Source: Candidatus Harpocratesius repetitus
GTDB lineage: Archaea; Asgardarchaeota; Lokiarchaeia; Sigyniarchaeales; Promethearchaeaceae
Direction of reading: 5' to 3'
Length of the DNA stretch: 32,000 nucleotides
NCBI GenBank assembly: GCA_021498095.1
Contig: JAIZWK010000001.1
Span: 1,380,001 to 1,412,000 of the forward strand
Shown piece after piece: positions 7,523 to 16,924 of this stretch (positions within the stretch are counted from its first letter, which is position 1; every line of letters starts with the position of its first letter). The notes beneath the pieces were generated by a model, which had not been told where the DNA came from, searched no databases, and saw only the letters and a program-made list of their open reading frames with translations. The position numbers and the translations under genes were made by a program.

Positions 7523-10498
7523 TTGATGATTGAAAATAACTTAAATGATATTAACCAAAATAGTCACAAAGAAGAAAATAAAGACATAAAAGAAAAAAAA
7601 TATATTTGGGCTTATTCTTATCAAGAAATTTTCGAAAAATTTGGAACACATCCCCATTTTGGGCTTAGTGAAGATCAAGCGGCCATTAATCTTGAGAAAT
7701 ATGGATTTAATGAATTGAAATTGGAAAAGCCATCATTTATTGCTATATATCTCGCTCCATTATTTAATTGGTTGATAATACTTTATCTTATTTCTGCTGG
7801 AATCATGTTAATTGCTAGTTTATTACTTCAAACAGATAATATGTCTTTAGTATATGTAACTTTGACTGTTGTATTATTAAATTGTTTTGTCGCAATTTAT
7901 CAACAAGCTCGTGCGACAAAGAAATTAGAAGCATTACAGTCTATGGCTGCACCAAAATCATGGGTTATACGAGACGGCCAAATTGTGGAGATATTCTCGA
8001 AAAACATAGTAGTTGGAGATCTTATTAAACTAACTACTGGTGATCAAGTACCTGCTGATGCGCGTATTATCTCTTCTACCGATTTGCGAGTGAATGAAGC
8101 ATCTTTAACAGGAGAAAGTGAACCTGTCTCTAAAAATCATGGCGAACCTTTAGACAATAAAATGTTGCATCTACAAAATCAAGAAAACATTCTTTTTTAT
8201 GGTACTTTTATAACAACAGGGCATTGTAAAGCAATTGTTTTTGCTACAGGTCCAAATACTGAGATTGGTAAAATTTCTAAAGGAATGTCCGAAATCAAAT
8301 CAACTGATATTCCGATTCGAAAAAAGATGGATAACTTAGGAAAATGGTTTGGAATCTCAATATTTATTTTATGGATAAGTACATTAATTTTTCTAAAAAT
8401 AACTACTGGAAAGTTAGAATTTGTTGAAAGTTTAAATGCTGCTATGGGAATAATGCCCGTAAATATCCCTCTTTTAGTAACTGTAATTATGTTAACTGGA
8501 GTCGTAGCAATGGCTGAACATGGTGTCATTGTTCGCAATGTTGCTTCAGTAGATAGCTTAGGTAGGATAAGTATTATTTGCACCGATAAAACTGGTACTT
8601 TGACTAAAAGTCAAATGGCAGTTCAATATATTTGGGCGCGTGGCTCAACTTTCAAAGTAACTGGGAGTGGATATACACCAAAGGGTGATTTTTATTTGAT
8701 GGATATTCCCCATAAACCTCAAAAGATAGAGAATGTTGAAGACTTTCCTCATTTGGAATTTCTTATTAGATCTGCTTATTTGAATAATAATTCAATGTTA
8801 ATGAAGTATCAATTCGAAGTTGAAAAGCGGCATAAAAAGGAAATCATTGAAGATTGGAAAGTCATCGGCAGTGCCACCGAAGGAGCACTACAAACTTTGG
8901 CCAAAAAAGCGGGTATTACTCAAAAAGATGGTGTAGATATTCGTAAGCATTATTTAGAAATAATTGAATTTCCATTTTCTTCTGATGTAAAACGGATGAC
9001 AAAAGTTCTCCAAAATAAGCAAACTGGTGAAATCATATCATATACAAAAGGTGCCAGTGAATATTTAGTTACTAATTGCGATTATCTTTTAGGAGATAAC
9101 GGACAAATCTTTGAATTTAGCATAGATTTACGATTAATTATAATGAATATTATTAATGAATATGCCATGAAAGGTTATCGGCTACTAAGTTTTGCGTATA
9201 AACATTTAGAATTTATACCTGAAGATCTCGAATCAAAGAGGGATGAAATTGAGAATGAATTGATCTATATTGGCTTTGTGGCAATTATTGATCCACCTCG
9301 AGAAGGGGTTCAAAATGCAATAGATTTGTGTCATGATGCAGGAATTGATGTGGTAATGATAACTGGCGATAGTCTTCCCACAGCTAAAGCAATTTCCAAA
9401 AATATTCACATTTTAAAAAATCCTAACGATTTAGTGATGGATGGAAGTAAATTAGAAGAACTTGATGCTACGGTTCCTTTAGAAAATGTAAAAGTGTTCT
9501 CCCGTGTTATTCCTAAAAATAAGCAGAGCATTGTAGAAAAGTACCAAAATAAAGGAAAAATAGTTGCAATGACTGGTGATGGTGTAAATGATGCTTTGGC
9601 ACTTAATTTAGCAGATGTTGGAATTGCAATGGGTATTCAAGGAACGGATGTAGCAAAACAAGCTGCAGATATGGTTATTTCTGATGATTCTTTCATCTCA
9701 ATCGTAGAAGGGATCCGTAGAGGGCGTGGGATCTTTGCCAATATTCGTTCTGTTGTATTTTACTTTATATGTATTAACATTTTTGAAGGATTAGTTAATT
9801 TAATTTTATCTGTTCTTTTGGGTTTGCCATATTGGTTCGATCCTGAGTTTTTACAGTTGTTTTTGCTAATCTCTGCGACTTTACACTCTTTTACTGGATT
9901 GATTTTGACTTTTGATAAGATACCGGACGATGTTATGAAAGAAAAGCCGAGAAACTCTCAAGAAATAATCTCTCGGCAATTTTTAATCTTATTAGCAAGT
10001 TATGGGATTTTCTTGATGATAGTAATGTTTGGTCTATATTTCTTAGTCTCTAGCGATATTTATCCCATATTTACCGTGAATGTATCGCATGGGGCTTTGG
10101 ATTCACAGTATATTTTTACACAAGCTACGAAGTCGTTATGGGAAGGAACCGATCTTAAAATTGCAAAAACCTTGTCAATGTTAGCAACAACAATATTCAT
10201 TGCTGAGTTTTTTATGGCCATACAGATCAGGCGTCCTAACAAAAGTTTATGGCGAACACTTAAGGAAGATATGAATTTGGTTATTATTTTGCTAGCAATC
10301 GGACTTTTTGGTCTGCTTTTCTCATTAATATATATTCCAGGTTGGCAAATCTTCTTTTATTCAATAGGTTTTAAATTCCAATTAATGTTTCTTCATATTT
10401 GGGATTTAATTCTCTGTTTTGGCTTTGCTTTCTTTGGGTGTATTCTTCCTTTTGAAATAGTTAGATGGATTTCACGGAAACTTGGAATTATTTTTTAA
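7523..10498 (+). CDS. P-type ATPase, P2-like architecture, non-canonical ion-binding residues
   Basis: TGES, DKTGTLT (D355), KGA, DPPR, MITGD, GDGVND and about 10 TM segments. TM4 reads PVNIP instead of PEGLP. Confidence 0.93.
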   Translation: MMIENNLNDINQNSHKEENKDIKEKKYIWAYSYQEIFEKFGTHPHFGLSEDQAAINLEKYGFNELKLEKPSFIAIYLAPLFNWLIILYLISAGIMLIASLLLQTDNMSLVYVTLTVVLLNCFVAIYQQARATKKLEALQSMAAPKSWVIRDGQIVEIFSKNIVVGDLIKLTTGDQVPADARIISSTDLRVNEASLTGESEPVSKNHGEPLDNKMLHLQNQENILFYGTFITTGHCKAIVFATGPNTEIGKISKGMSEIKSTDIPIRKKMDNLGKWFGISIFILWISTLIFLKITTGKLEFVESLNAAMGIMPVNIPLLVTVIMLTGVVAMAEHGVIVRNVASVDSLGRISIICTDKTGTLTKSQMAVQYIWARGSTFKVTGSGYTPKGDFYLMDIPHKPQKIENVEDFPHLEFLIRSAYLNNNSMLMKYQFEVEKRHKKEIIEDWKVIGSATEGALQTLAKKAGITQKDGVDIRKHYLEIIEFPFSSDVKRMTKVLQNKQTGEIISYTKGASEYLVTNCDYLLGDNGQIFEFSIDLRLIIMNIINEYAMKGYRLLSFAYKHLEFIPEDLESKRDEIENELIYIGFVAIIDPPREGVQNAIDLCHDAGIDVVMITGDSLPTAKAISKNIHILKNPNDLVMDGSKLEELDATVPLENVKVFSRVIPKNKQSIVEKYQNKGKIVAMTGDGVNDALALNLADVGIAMGIQGTDVAKQAADMVISDDSFISIVEGIRRGRGIFANIRSVVFYFICINIFEGLVNLILSVLLGLPYWFDPEFLQLFLLISATLHSFTGLILTFDKIPDDVMKEKPRNSQEIISRQFLILLASYGIFLMIVMFGLYFLVSSDIYPIFTVNVSHGALDSQYIFTQATKSLWEGTDLKIAKTLSMLATTIFIAEFFMAIQIRRPNKSLWRTLKEDMNLVIILLAIGLFGLLFSLIYIPGWQIFFYSIGFKFQLMFLHIWDLILCFGFAFFGCILPFEIVRWISRKLGIIF

Positions 10499-10514
10499 AT
10501 TAGATTGATTTCTC

Positions 10515-10524
10515 TTTTTTTTTT
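10515..10524 (+). terminator. Oligo-T terminator-like tract
   Basis: T10 run 17 nt after the ATPase stop codon. Confidence 0.45.
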
Positions 10525-10831
10525 CTATTCTATTGTATTCAATCTTGGGCCAAAAATTATTAAATTTAGAGCAAAAATTTATTAAACCCATTGACATATA
10601 TATCGTATAGAGAAGCGAAGACTAATATGAAAGATATGAAAACCTTCTTTCATAGCTTTTAACGGCAAATAATCCATTTGGGAGCGATATTGTTTGTTAA
10701 AAGTAGTCAAAAGATCAAGAAGGGGTGCGTCGGGCTTTCATTTTTTTAGATTTTCGCTTTCTCTCTTTTACTTTTTTTATGTATTTTGAAGAGGGAAATT
10801 AATTAATCCCAAAACATTTTATTCTCATAGG

Positions 10832-12205
10832 ATGCCTGAAATTCCAGAAGATATTTCTGTCGAACACAATGAAGTTCTAACAAATATTGAAAATCAAGAC
10901 TCTATAATTAAATTTAAACATGCCATTTCCCGATCAATGGCTGAAGATCTCCTAGAAACTCTGCAAACTAAAATAATTCAAGAATACAATTTACGAAATA
11001 TTCAATTGCATATTAATCCCATTTACAATAGATATGAAAATTTAATTGGATTGGAATTTAGTTCTCCTTTATCAAAAGATTTGCGGGATGAATTAAAAGA
11101 GCGAATTAATGAAATAATTCAAGATTTGATGCAGTCAGTTGAAAAAAAACGGAACCACTTCCAAGCAGATATGAAATCTAAAGAACCAATAAGCTTTACA
11201 GAACTATTAGGAACTTTTCGTATCAAAGTAATTTATGTTCTTATTCCTATCTTAATAAGTATTGGAACAGCTATGTTTTTAGGATGGGCTGCAAAGGTAG
11301 AAGCTGATATAAATATTAATGTAGCTCCCTACCCAAATGAGAATAATATTGGAGAAATACTATATAATGGGTTCATGCCAGTTTTAATTTCTGCTGTATT
11401 TATTACTATCATTTATTTATTAATAAAAAAATTTGGAATGATTGCATTCAAAATCATCATGGGAATTGTAATTTTCTTTTATTCTTGGTATGGATTAATA
11501 TTTTTCATAACTGTCTTTTTTACAATTTATCTAAATAAAGTTCCTGAAGAATCAATAAACTTTGCATGGTTTAATGGATTGTATCTTGGTTTTTTCTACG
11601 GCTCAATTATTTTATTTATTATTTTAATGGTCTTTTTCTTTGGAAACAAGTTATCATTAAAACAGCGAAATGCTATTGTATTATTTTATTCAATTTTTAT
11701 GGGAGCGATTATTGGAATTTCGTTACCGACTTGGACAACTTTTGCTTTTGCAATTTTTCTATCCATTTGGGATTTGTTCACTGTATTTAAAGGACCCTTG
11801 GGCAAAATTGGCCAAATGATCCAAGATAATCAGCTGGAAACATATAAAAGAATTAAGAACATGTTAGATGAAGGTAAAATTGGAATTGATCAAGTTGGTG
11901 ATTATGAACAATTCGTTTCTTTGCAAACAAAAAAGGATGAAGAAGGTGAAATTGATTACAAACAAGTAGAAGTTGAATTGGGTTCTGGTGACTTGATTTT
12001 ATATTCTGCCTTAGTTGCTAATGTATTCATCAATTATGGAAGCTGGTTTTTAGCGGGTTTGGTGATCTTTGGTGTGATATTAGGGGCTATATTAACCTTA
12101 TATCTTTTATTATCCAAGAAAAAAATGCTTCCAGCATTACCATTCTCAATGATGTTTGGAATTATATTATTCTTTGTTGGAATTTTACTGCAAAAGATAT
12201 TTTGA
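10832..12205 (+). CDS. Presenilin-like GxGD intramembrane aspartyl protease
   Basis: LSIWDLFTVFKGPL (first Asp at 11771), ELGSGDLILYSAL (GxGD at 11981-11992), KKMLPALPF (PAL at 12131), about 9 TM segments and a soluble N-terminal region of about 125 aa. Confidence 0.9.
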   Translation: MPEIPEDISVEHNEVLTNIENQDSIIKFKHAISRSMAEDLLETLQTKIIQEYNLRNIQLHINPIYNRYENLIGLEFSSPLSKDLRDELKERINEIIQDLMQSVEKKRNHFQADMKSKEPISFTELLGTFRIKVIYVLIPILISIGTAMFLGWAAKVEADININVAPYPNENNIGEILYNGFMPVLISAVFITIIYLLIKKFGMIAFKIIMGIVIFFYSWYGLIFFITVFFTIYLNKVPEESINFAWFNGLYLGFFYGSIILFIILMVFFFGNKLSLKQRNAIVLFYSIFMGAIIGISLPTWTTFAFAIFLSIWDLFTVFKGPLGKIGQMIQDNQLETYKRIKNMLDEGKIGIDQVGDYEQFVSLQTKKDEEGEIDYKQVEVELGSGDLILYSALVANVFINYGSWFLAGLVIFGVILGAILTLYLLLSKKKMLPALPFSMMFGIILFFVGILLQKIF

Positions 12206-13613
12206 GATCGAGAGTTTGATAATATAAGAGATATTGATTTGGCGGTAACCATGTATACAGTTTTTGTTCTCTAATTTCTTTTAAATTAAATTGAGAATCA
12301 AATTGATAAATTGGGGTTGAAAAGTCCAATATTTTCGTTAAATCATTCAGTTGTACTAATTGAGCATTAAACCAATCTTTATTATAAATTAAGAGCATCT
12401 GCGAATTGTTAGACGTATTCCTTTTTCGAAGAATCAAAATACCCAAATTTTCGTAAGGATAATGCCACAATAAGCCTTCTTGCTGCAAAAGAGGATATTT
12501 TGATTTAAATTGATTGATTCTTTGAATATCTTTACGAATATCGAAAAGAGGTTGGCTTTTCTCGATAAATTCGGTGAATACAACCTTTAGCTGTTTTTTT
12601 TCTCCCCATTCATATCCTATTGGCATTAATACACCTTTAGAGAAATAAGCTGCAAAGAAATATCGAAAAATCTGAACATCTTTTCGACCCCCGGTTTCTT
12701 TTACTAACCTTGTTGTATCGTGGCTTTCGGGAAAGCTAATAGAGGGTGCGATTTGAGAATATAATTTTTGCTGTTCCAAGCACCATGATGCTGTGAAATC
12801 CCACCATTTGCTAGAATTAGCTATAAAATCAAATTTAACATCCTTTAAACTCATGTTTTGTTGAAAGTTTGCCCCTAATGTTTCTGCCCAGAATACTATA
12901 TCCGGTTTGATATTTTTACAAAAAGAAATTAATTCCTTCCATATATCAGCAGGAACTTGATAAGCTGCATCTGCACGAAATCCATCAACTCCAAAATTTA
13001 TACAAAATGCTAAATATTTCTTAAAAAAACTCGTGATTTCTTCTCGATAAGGACTATCAAAATTTATTTCAGCTAAATCTCCCCAAATCTGCATTTCATT
13101 TGTGTTTGCAGGATTAACAGCATATGGTGGTGCTATAGTATAAACAAGTTCATACTTTTCAGAAGGAAATTGATTTCTATCGTAATCTACATCCTTCTTT
13201 TGAATCTCTTCAAATACCCAAACAGGATGAAGTGTTTTTTTTTCACGTAATATCCATTTATGAAGATACCAATGGGGATGATTAGATACTGAGTCGATGG
13301 CTGTATGATTGATTACAATATCAAAAATAACTTGCAAACCTAATGAATGTGCTTGCACAATAAACGCCTTGAAAGAATTCCAAGTTTCTTGATCTTTTTG
13401 ATCAATAGCAAACTTAGGATCTAATCGAAAATAATCCTTTATTGAGTAAAGGGAGCCGGAGAAACCTCTTTGATTGATTGGGTTGATATATATCCAAGTA
13501 AAACCCATATTAACGATTCCCTTAAGTAATTGATTCCATTGGGCTATTTTTCCTGCCAAAGGAGGAAATAAGTTATATATTATAACATGAGGATTTAATT
13601 TCAAATCATTCAC
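12162..13613 (-). CDS. GH13 alpha-amylase family glycosidase
   Basis: Conserved regions DIVINHT, GFRADAA (nucleophile), WAETL (acid/base), ESHDT. GTG start; the 3' end overlaps the presenilin gene by 44 bp. Confidence 0.88.
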   Translation of the reverse strand: MNDLKLNPHVIIYNLFPPLAGKIAQWNQLLKGIVNMGFTWIYINPINQRGFSGSLYSIKDYFRLDPKFAIDQKDQETWNSFKAFIVQAHSLGLQVIFDIVINHTAIDSVSNHPHWYLHKWILREKKTLHPVWVFEEIQKKDVDYDRNQFPSEKYELVYTIAPPYAVNPANTNEMQIWGDLAEINFDSPYREEITSFFKKYLAFCINFGVDGFRADAAYQVPADIWKELISFCKNIKPDIVFWAETLGANFQQNMSLKDVKFDFIANSSKWWDFTASWCLEQQKLYSQIAPSISFPESHDTTRLVKETGGRKDVQIFRYFFAAYFSKGVLMPIGYEWGEKKQLKVVFTEFIEKSQPLFDIRKDIQRINQFKSKYPLLQQEGLLWHYPYENLGILILRKRNTSNNSQMLLIYNKDWFNAQLVQLNDLTKILDFSTPIYQFDSQFNLKEIREQKLYTWLPPNQYLLYYQTLDLKISFAVKFQQRII

Positions 13614-13749
13614 GCTTCATTAATTATGAGAAAATTATCCTTTCAAATTCGAGATTCCTTTAAAATTCCATGATTTTCAATTCGTAAACAACTGTATTAT
13701 TCTCAAATATTAGTATAAATATAAAGGGAAGTGTTCTTTAGTAAGATCC

Positions 13750-14937
13750 ATGCACCTATTCATCTATTTCTTCTCCATATTTAAAAAACATAAGGCGCGA
13801 TATTTTGCTTGTATTCTTGGATTTGGAGTTGCTTTGGGTGCTGTTTTTGGTGTTTCTGCCTACTCTGCTATATTAGATGATACGGTAAATAGATTTTATT
13901 TTTTGGAGGATAATTCTTACCTTGTTCTAAGTAAGGGTACAAATGTACTTCAGATTATACCATTTGAGTCTCAAATACCAGAAAATGTATCAACTTCATT
14001 GCTTGAAAATGCAGGAGTAACCTATACATTACCTATAATTTTTAAAAATTTTAGTAATGAAACTCAATTTAAATGGTTGAAAAATGTAATTGTGGGTATT
14101 AACTTTAACAATTTGCGAAATCTTTACATGAAAGATGTTGGATTGCAAGAAGGTGTCTGGCCGCAAGATCCAAATAAAGAAATTGTTGTTGGACCTAATA
14201 TTGAGTTTGAAAATCTATCATTAGGAAGTGTAATTCCTATTCGGGGGAAGAACCTCACTGTTTCTGGTATTCTAAATCCATCAAATGTATTCTTTGATAA
14301 ATTTATTTATTTAGATTATTCATTAAGTCAAAGTTTATTTGATATGGATGGGTTGTGCACTGTAATTTATGTTTTAGGAAATCCTGATATACTTAATAAT
14401 CCACAAATTATCCAATCGCTCGAAGATTCTGTGGAATCACAATATCCATCCGTTGATTTTATTGATTCGGATGAGTTAGATGAAGCATCTGGGTTCTTTT
14501 ATCAAATGTTGGACGTTTTTAATGTAATAATGACTCTATTTCCTCTTTTTATCAGTGGGTTATTTATCTTTATTCTTATGTTGCTTAATGTAAAAGATCA
14601 AGAACAAGAATTTGGAATGCTCCGTGCCATTGGAATGCCGTTAGAATATATTGGTGTTATTATCTTTTTCCAAAGTATACTAATTACTGGATTTGGCTAT
14701 CTGATTAGTTTAATCATAGGAAATTTATATTTTATGTATGGTTTTTACGTTTTTCGAAAGAATATTGAAACTAATGGTATTTTCAGTTATGTTAGAGATA
14801 TGATTCAACAAATTCCATCATCAATTTATATTCAAACTTTAATTGTTTCTTTATTTGTCGGAGTTATTATCTCAATTTATCCATCTTTTCGCGCTATGCG
14901 GCAATCAATTGTCCAAACGTTCAGGAAAGAAGAGTGA
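13750..14937 (+). CDS. ABC transporter permease, MacB/FtsX/LolE family
   Basis: N-terminal TM, extracellular domain (GVWP..EIVVG), EFGMLRAIG motif, three C-terminal TMs. Confidence 0.85.
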   Translation: MHLFIYFFSIFKKHKARYFACILGFGVALGAVFGVSAYSAILDDTVNRFYFLEDNSYLVLSKGTNVLQIIPFESQIPENVSTSLLENAGVTYTLPIIFKNFSNETQFKWLKNVIVGINFNNLRNLYMKDVGLQEGVWPQDPNKEIVVGPNIEFENLSLGSVIPIRGKNLTVSGILNPSNVFFDKFIYLDYSLSQSLFDMDGLCTVIYVLGNPDILNNPQIIQSLEDSVESQYPSVDFIDSDELDEASGFFYQMLDVFNVIMTLFPLFISGLFIFILMLLNVKDQEQEFGMLRAIGMPLEYIGVIIFFQSILITGFGYLISLIIGNLYFMYGFYVFRKNIETNGIFSYVRDMIQQIPSSIYIQTLIVSLFVGVIISIYPSFRAMRQSIVQTFRKEE

Positions 14938-14944
14938 TTATTCA

Positions 14945-16102
14945 ATGAAATTTAATCAATACATTTTCAATAACCTTACTCAAAAAAAAGTTAGAACGAT
15001 ATTATGTATAATAGGAATTGCTACCAGCTTGGTAAGTTCTACTGTTATGGCACTATTAACTGATTATTATTCTTCTCGTACTTCAACTTTCTTTCGGCCA
15101 TTTCCAGAATTTGATGAAGTACTAGAAAGAGGTACAAACTTTATACAACTAATACCAGTTGGTTCAACGATAGATTTAGAAGTTAAATCCGATTTAGATA
15201 CTTATTTTAACATTGATTCGATTCCTCTTCTTATTGTTCCTAATAATAAAGATTTACTCTCTTTTTATAATAATTATATTTATGGTGTTCCTTTTTTACA
15301 ACAGCAAATATTATTTCAGAGTATTTATCTTCAAATGGGACGTTGGCCACAAAATTCGAACGAAATAGTAGTTGGAAATGAGTATTTGGATAAAAAAGAA
15401 TTAACTTTATTTAATCATACTTTTCCTATCGTTGGTGTAATTAGTAAGCAATATTCTTATTTAGATCGAATTATTATTATGGATCATAGTATTCTTGAGC
15501 AAAAAACGGGTAATTTAGGAAAAACCACGGTAATCTTCATCCCATCATTTTTAGAAAAGAATATTTCTAAAATTGATAAATTTGAGTTAGAAAATAGTCA
15601 TATTGATATTTTGACTTCTTCTGAAATGGAGGCTCTTCATGGGCAGATAGGGGATTTCATGAATAATCTAGTGAATGTATTAAGTGTTTTTACTGCAGGT
15701 GCTTCGATTATATTTGTTTTCTCACTAGAATTAATGAATATTTTTAGTCGTAAGAAAGATTTTGATATTTTTCGAATTTTAGGAGCAAAAACTAAAACTA
15801 TATTTCAGACAGTTGTTATCGAAAATTTTATTTTGCTAATTTCTGGACTAATTATTGGGATTCCTGTCTCAATTTTGAGTTTTTCTCTTTTATATTCTTA
15901 TCTTATCTTAAATGTTAATCAAAGTACAACTTTTTTTACAGGATTCTCCAAAGGTTGGAATTATATATTTCACCCTTTTCAATGGGATTTATTTATAGAA
16001 AACATTCTCATAATTAGCATTGCAAATATCGGGTTTGCTTTGATAATTTCTCTTATAGGGCTCCGTCAATACAAATTATCTGAGTTAAAACAAAAATATT
16101 AA
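14945..16102 (+). CDS. ABC transporter permease, MacB/FtsX/LolE family (second subunit)
   Basis: RTILCIIGIA, GRWP..NEIVVG, FDIFRILGAK. Start moved to ATG 14945, 7 nt after the previous stop. Confidence 0.85.
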   Translation: MKFNQYIFNNLTQKKVRTILCIIGIATSLVSSTVMALLTDYYSSRTSTFFRPFPEFDEVLERGTNFIQLIPVGSTIDLEVKSDLDTYFNIDSIPLLIVPNNKDLLSFYNNYIYGVPFLQQQILFQSIYLQMGRWPQNSNEIVVGNEYLDKKELTLFNHTFPIVGVISKQYSYLDRIIIMDHSILEQKTGNLGKTTVIFIPSFLEKNISKIDKFELENSHIDILTSSEMEALHGQIGDFMNNLVNVLSVFTAGASIIFVFSLELMNIFSRKKDFDIFRILGAKTKTIFQTVVIENFILLISGLIIGIPVSILSFSLLYSYLILNVNQSTTFFTGFSKGWNYIFHPFQWDLFIENILIISIANIGFALIISLIGLRQYKLSELKQKY

Positions 16103-16118
16103 GGTGAATCGTTAAAAT

Positions 16119-16832
16119 ATGAATTCTATTTCAACAAAAACAATGAATCAAAAAGAAGAAATTATTCTTCAATTAACTGGGATTGAGAAAAGTTATAAAA
16201 CATATTCAGAAACACTACATGTTCTACGTGGCGTAGATTTAACCATACATCGTGGTGAAATTGTTAGCATTATGGGACCAAGTGGTTCGGGGAAGTCTAC
16301 TCTTCTTAATATCATTGGATTACTTGATACATATGATTCTGGAATGTATTCAATCGCTGGGATTGATACTACAAATTTAACACGAAAACAAAAACAGCAA
16401 ATTCGTCTACAAAAAATCGGTTTTGTGTTTCAAACCTTTAATCTCATCCAAACTTTGACAGTACAGCAAAATATTGAATTACCTATGAATTTACTAAGAA
16501 AATCTCAAGAAAATCAACATAAAAGATCTTCTGAATTAATGGCTGAGTTTGGTTTAACAACTAAAAAGAAGAAATTTCCTTATCAACTTAGCATTGGAGA
16601 GCAGCAACGAGTTTCAATTGCAAGAGCTTTAGTAAATAATCCTGTAATTATTTTATGTGATGAACCAACTGGAAATTTGGATGAAGAAAATGCTCAGACA
16701 ATTTTGAATCATTTATCCAATTTGAAGCGGTTTAATACCACAATCTTAATTGTGACTCACAATCCTTCAATTAAGCAAATCACAGATAGAAATTTCATCC
16801 TTTCTCATGGAAAAATTGAACAGCAAGCTTGA
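16119..16832 (+). CDS. ABC transporter ATP-binding protein, LolD/MacB type
   Basis: Walker A GPSGSGKST, GFVFQTFNL, signature variant LSIGEQQRV, Walker B/D-loop ILCDEPTGNLD, VTHN. Confidence 0.93.
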   Translation: MNSISTKTMNQKEEIILQLTGIEKSYKTYSETLHVLRGVDLTIHRGEIVSIMGPSGSGKSTLLNIIGLLDTYDSGMYSIAGIDTTNLTRKQKQQIRLQKIGFVFQTFNLIQTLTVQQNIELPMNLLRKSQENQHKRSSELMAEFGLTTKKKKFPYQLSIGEQQRVSIARALVNNPVIILCDEPTGNLDEENAQTILNHLSNLKRFNTTILIVTHNPSIKQITDRNFILSHGKIEQQA

Positions 16833-16924
16833 TCACTTAATTTTTTGCTCTTATTCTTGATTGCTTCTCTCGATCATATTCACAAATAAATAATTTTTAT
16901 TTATATCCCCACTTTATTTAAACC

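Noticed and set aside
12162-12205. 44-bp convergent overlap of presenilin and GH13 genes as antisense regulation
   Set aside because: Short tail-to-tail overlaps are common in compact AT-rich genomes; nothing else supports a regulatory role.
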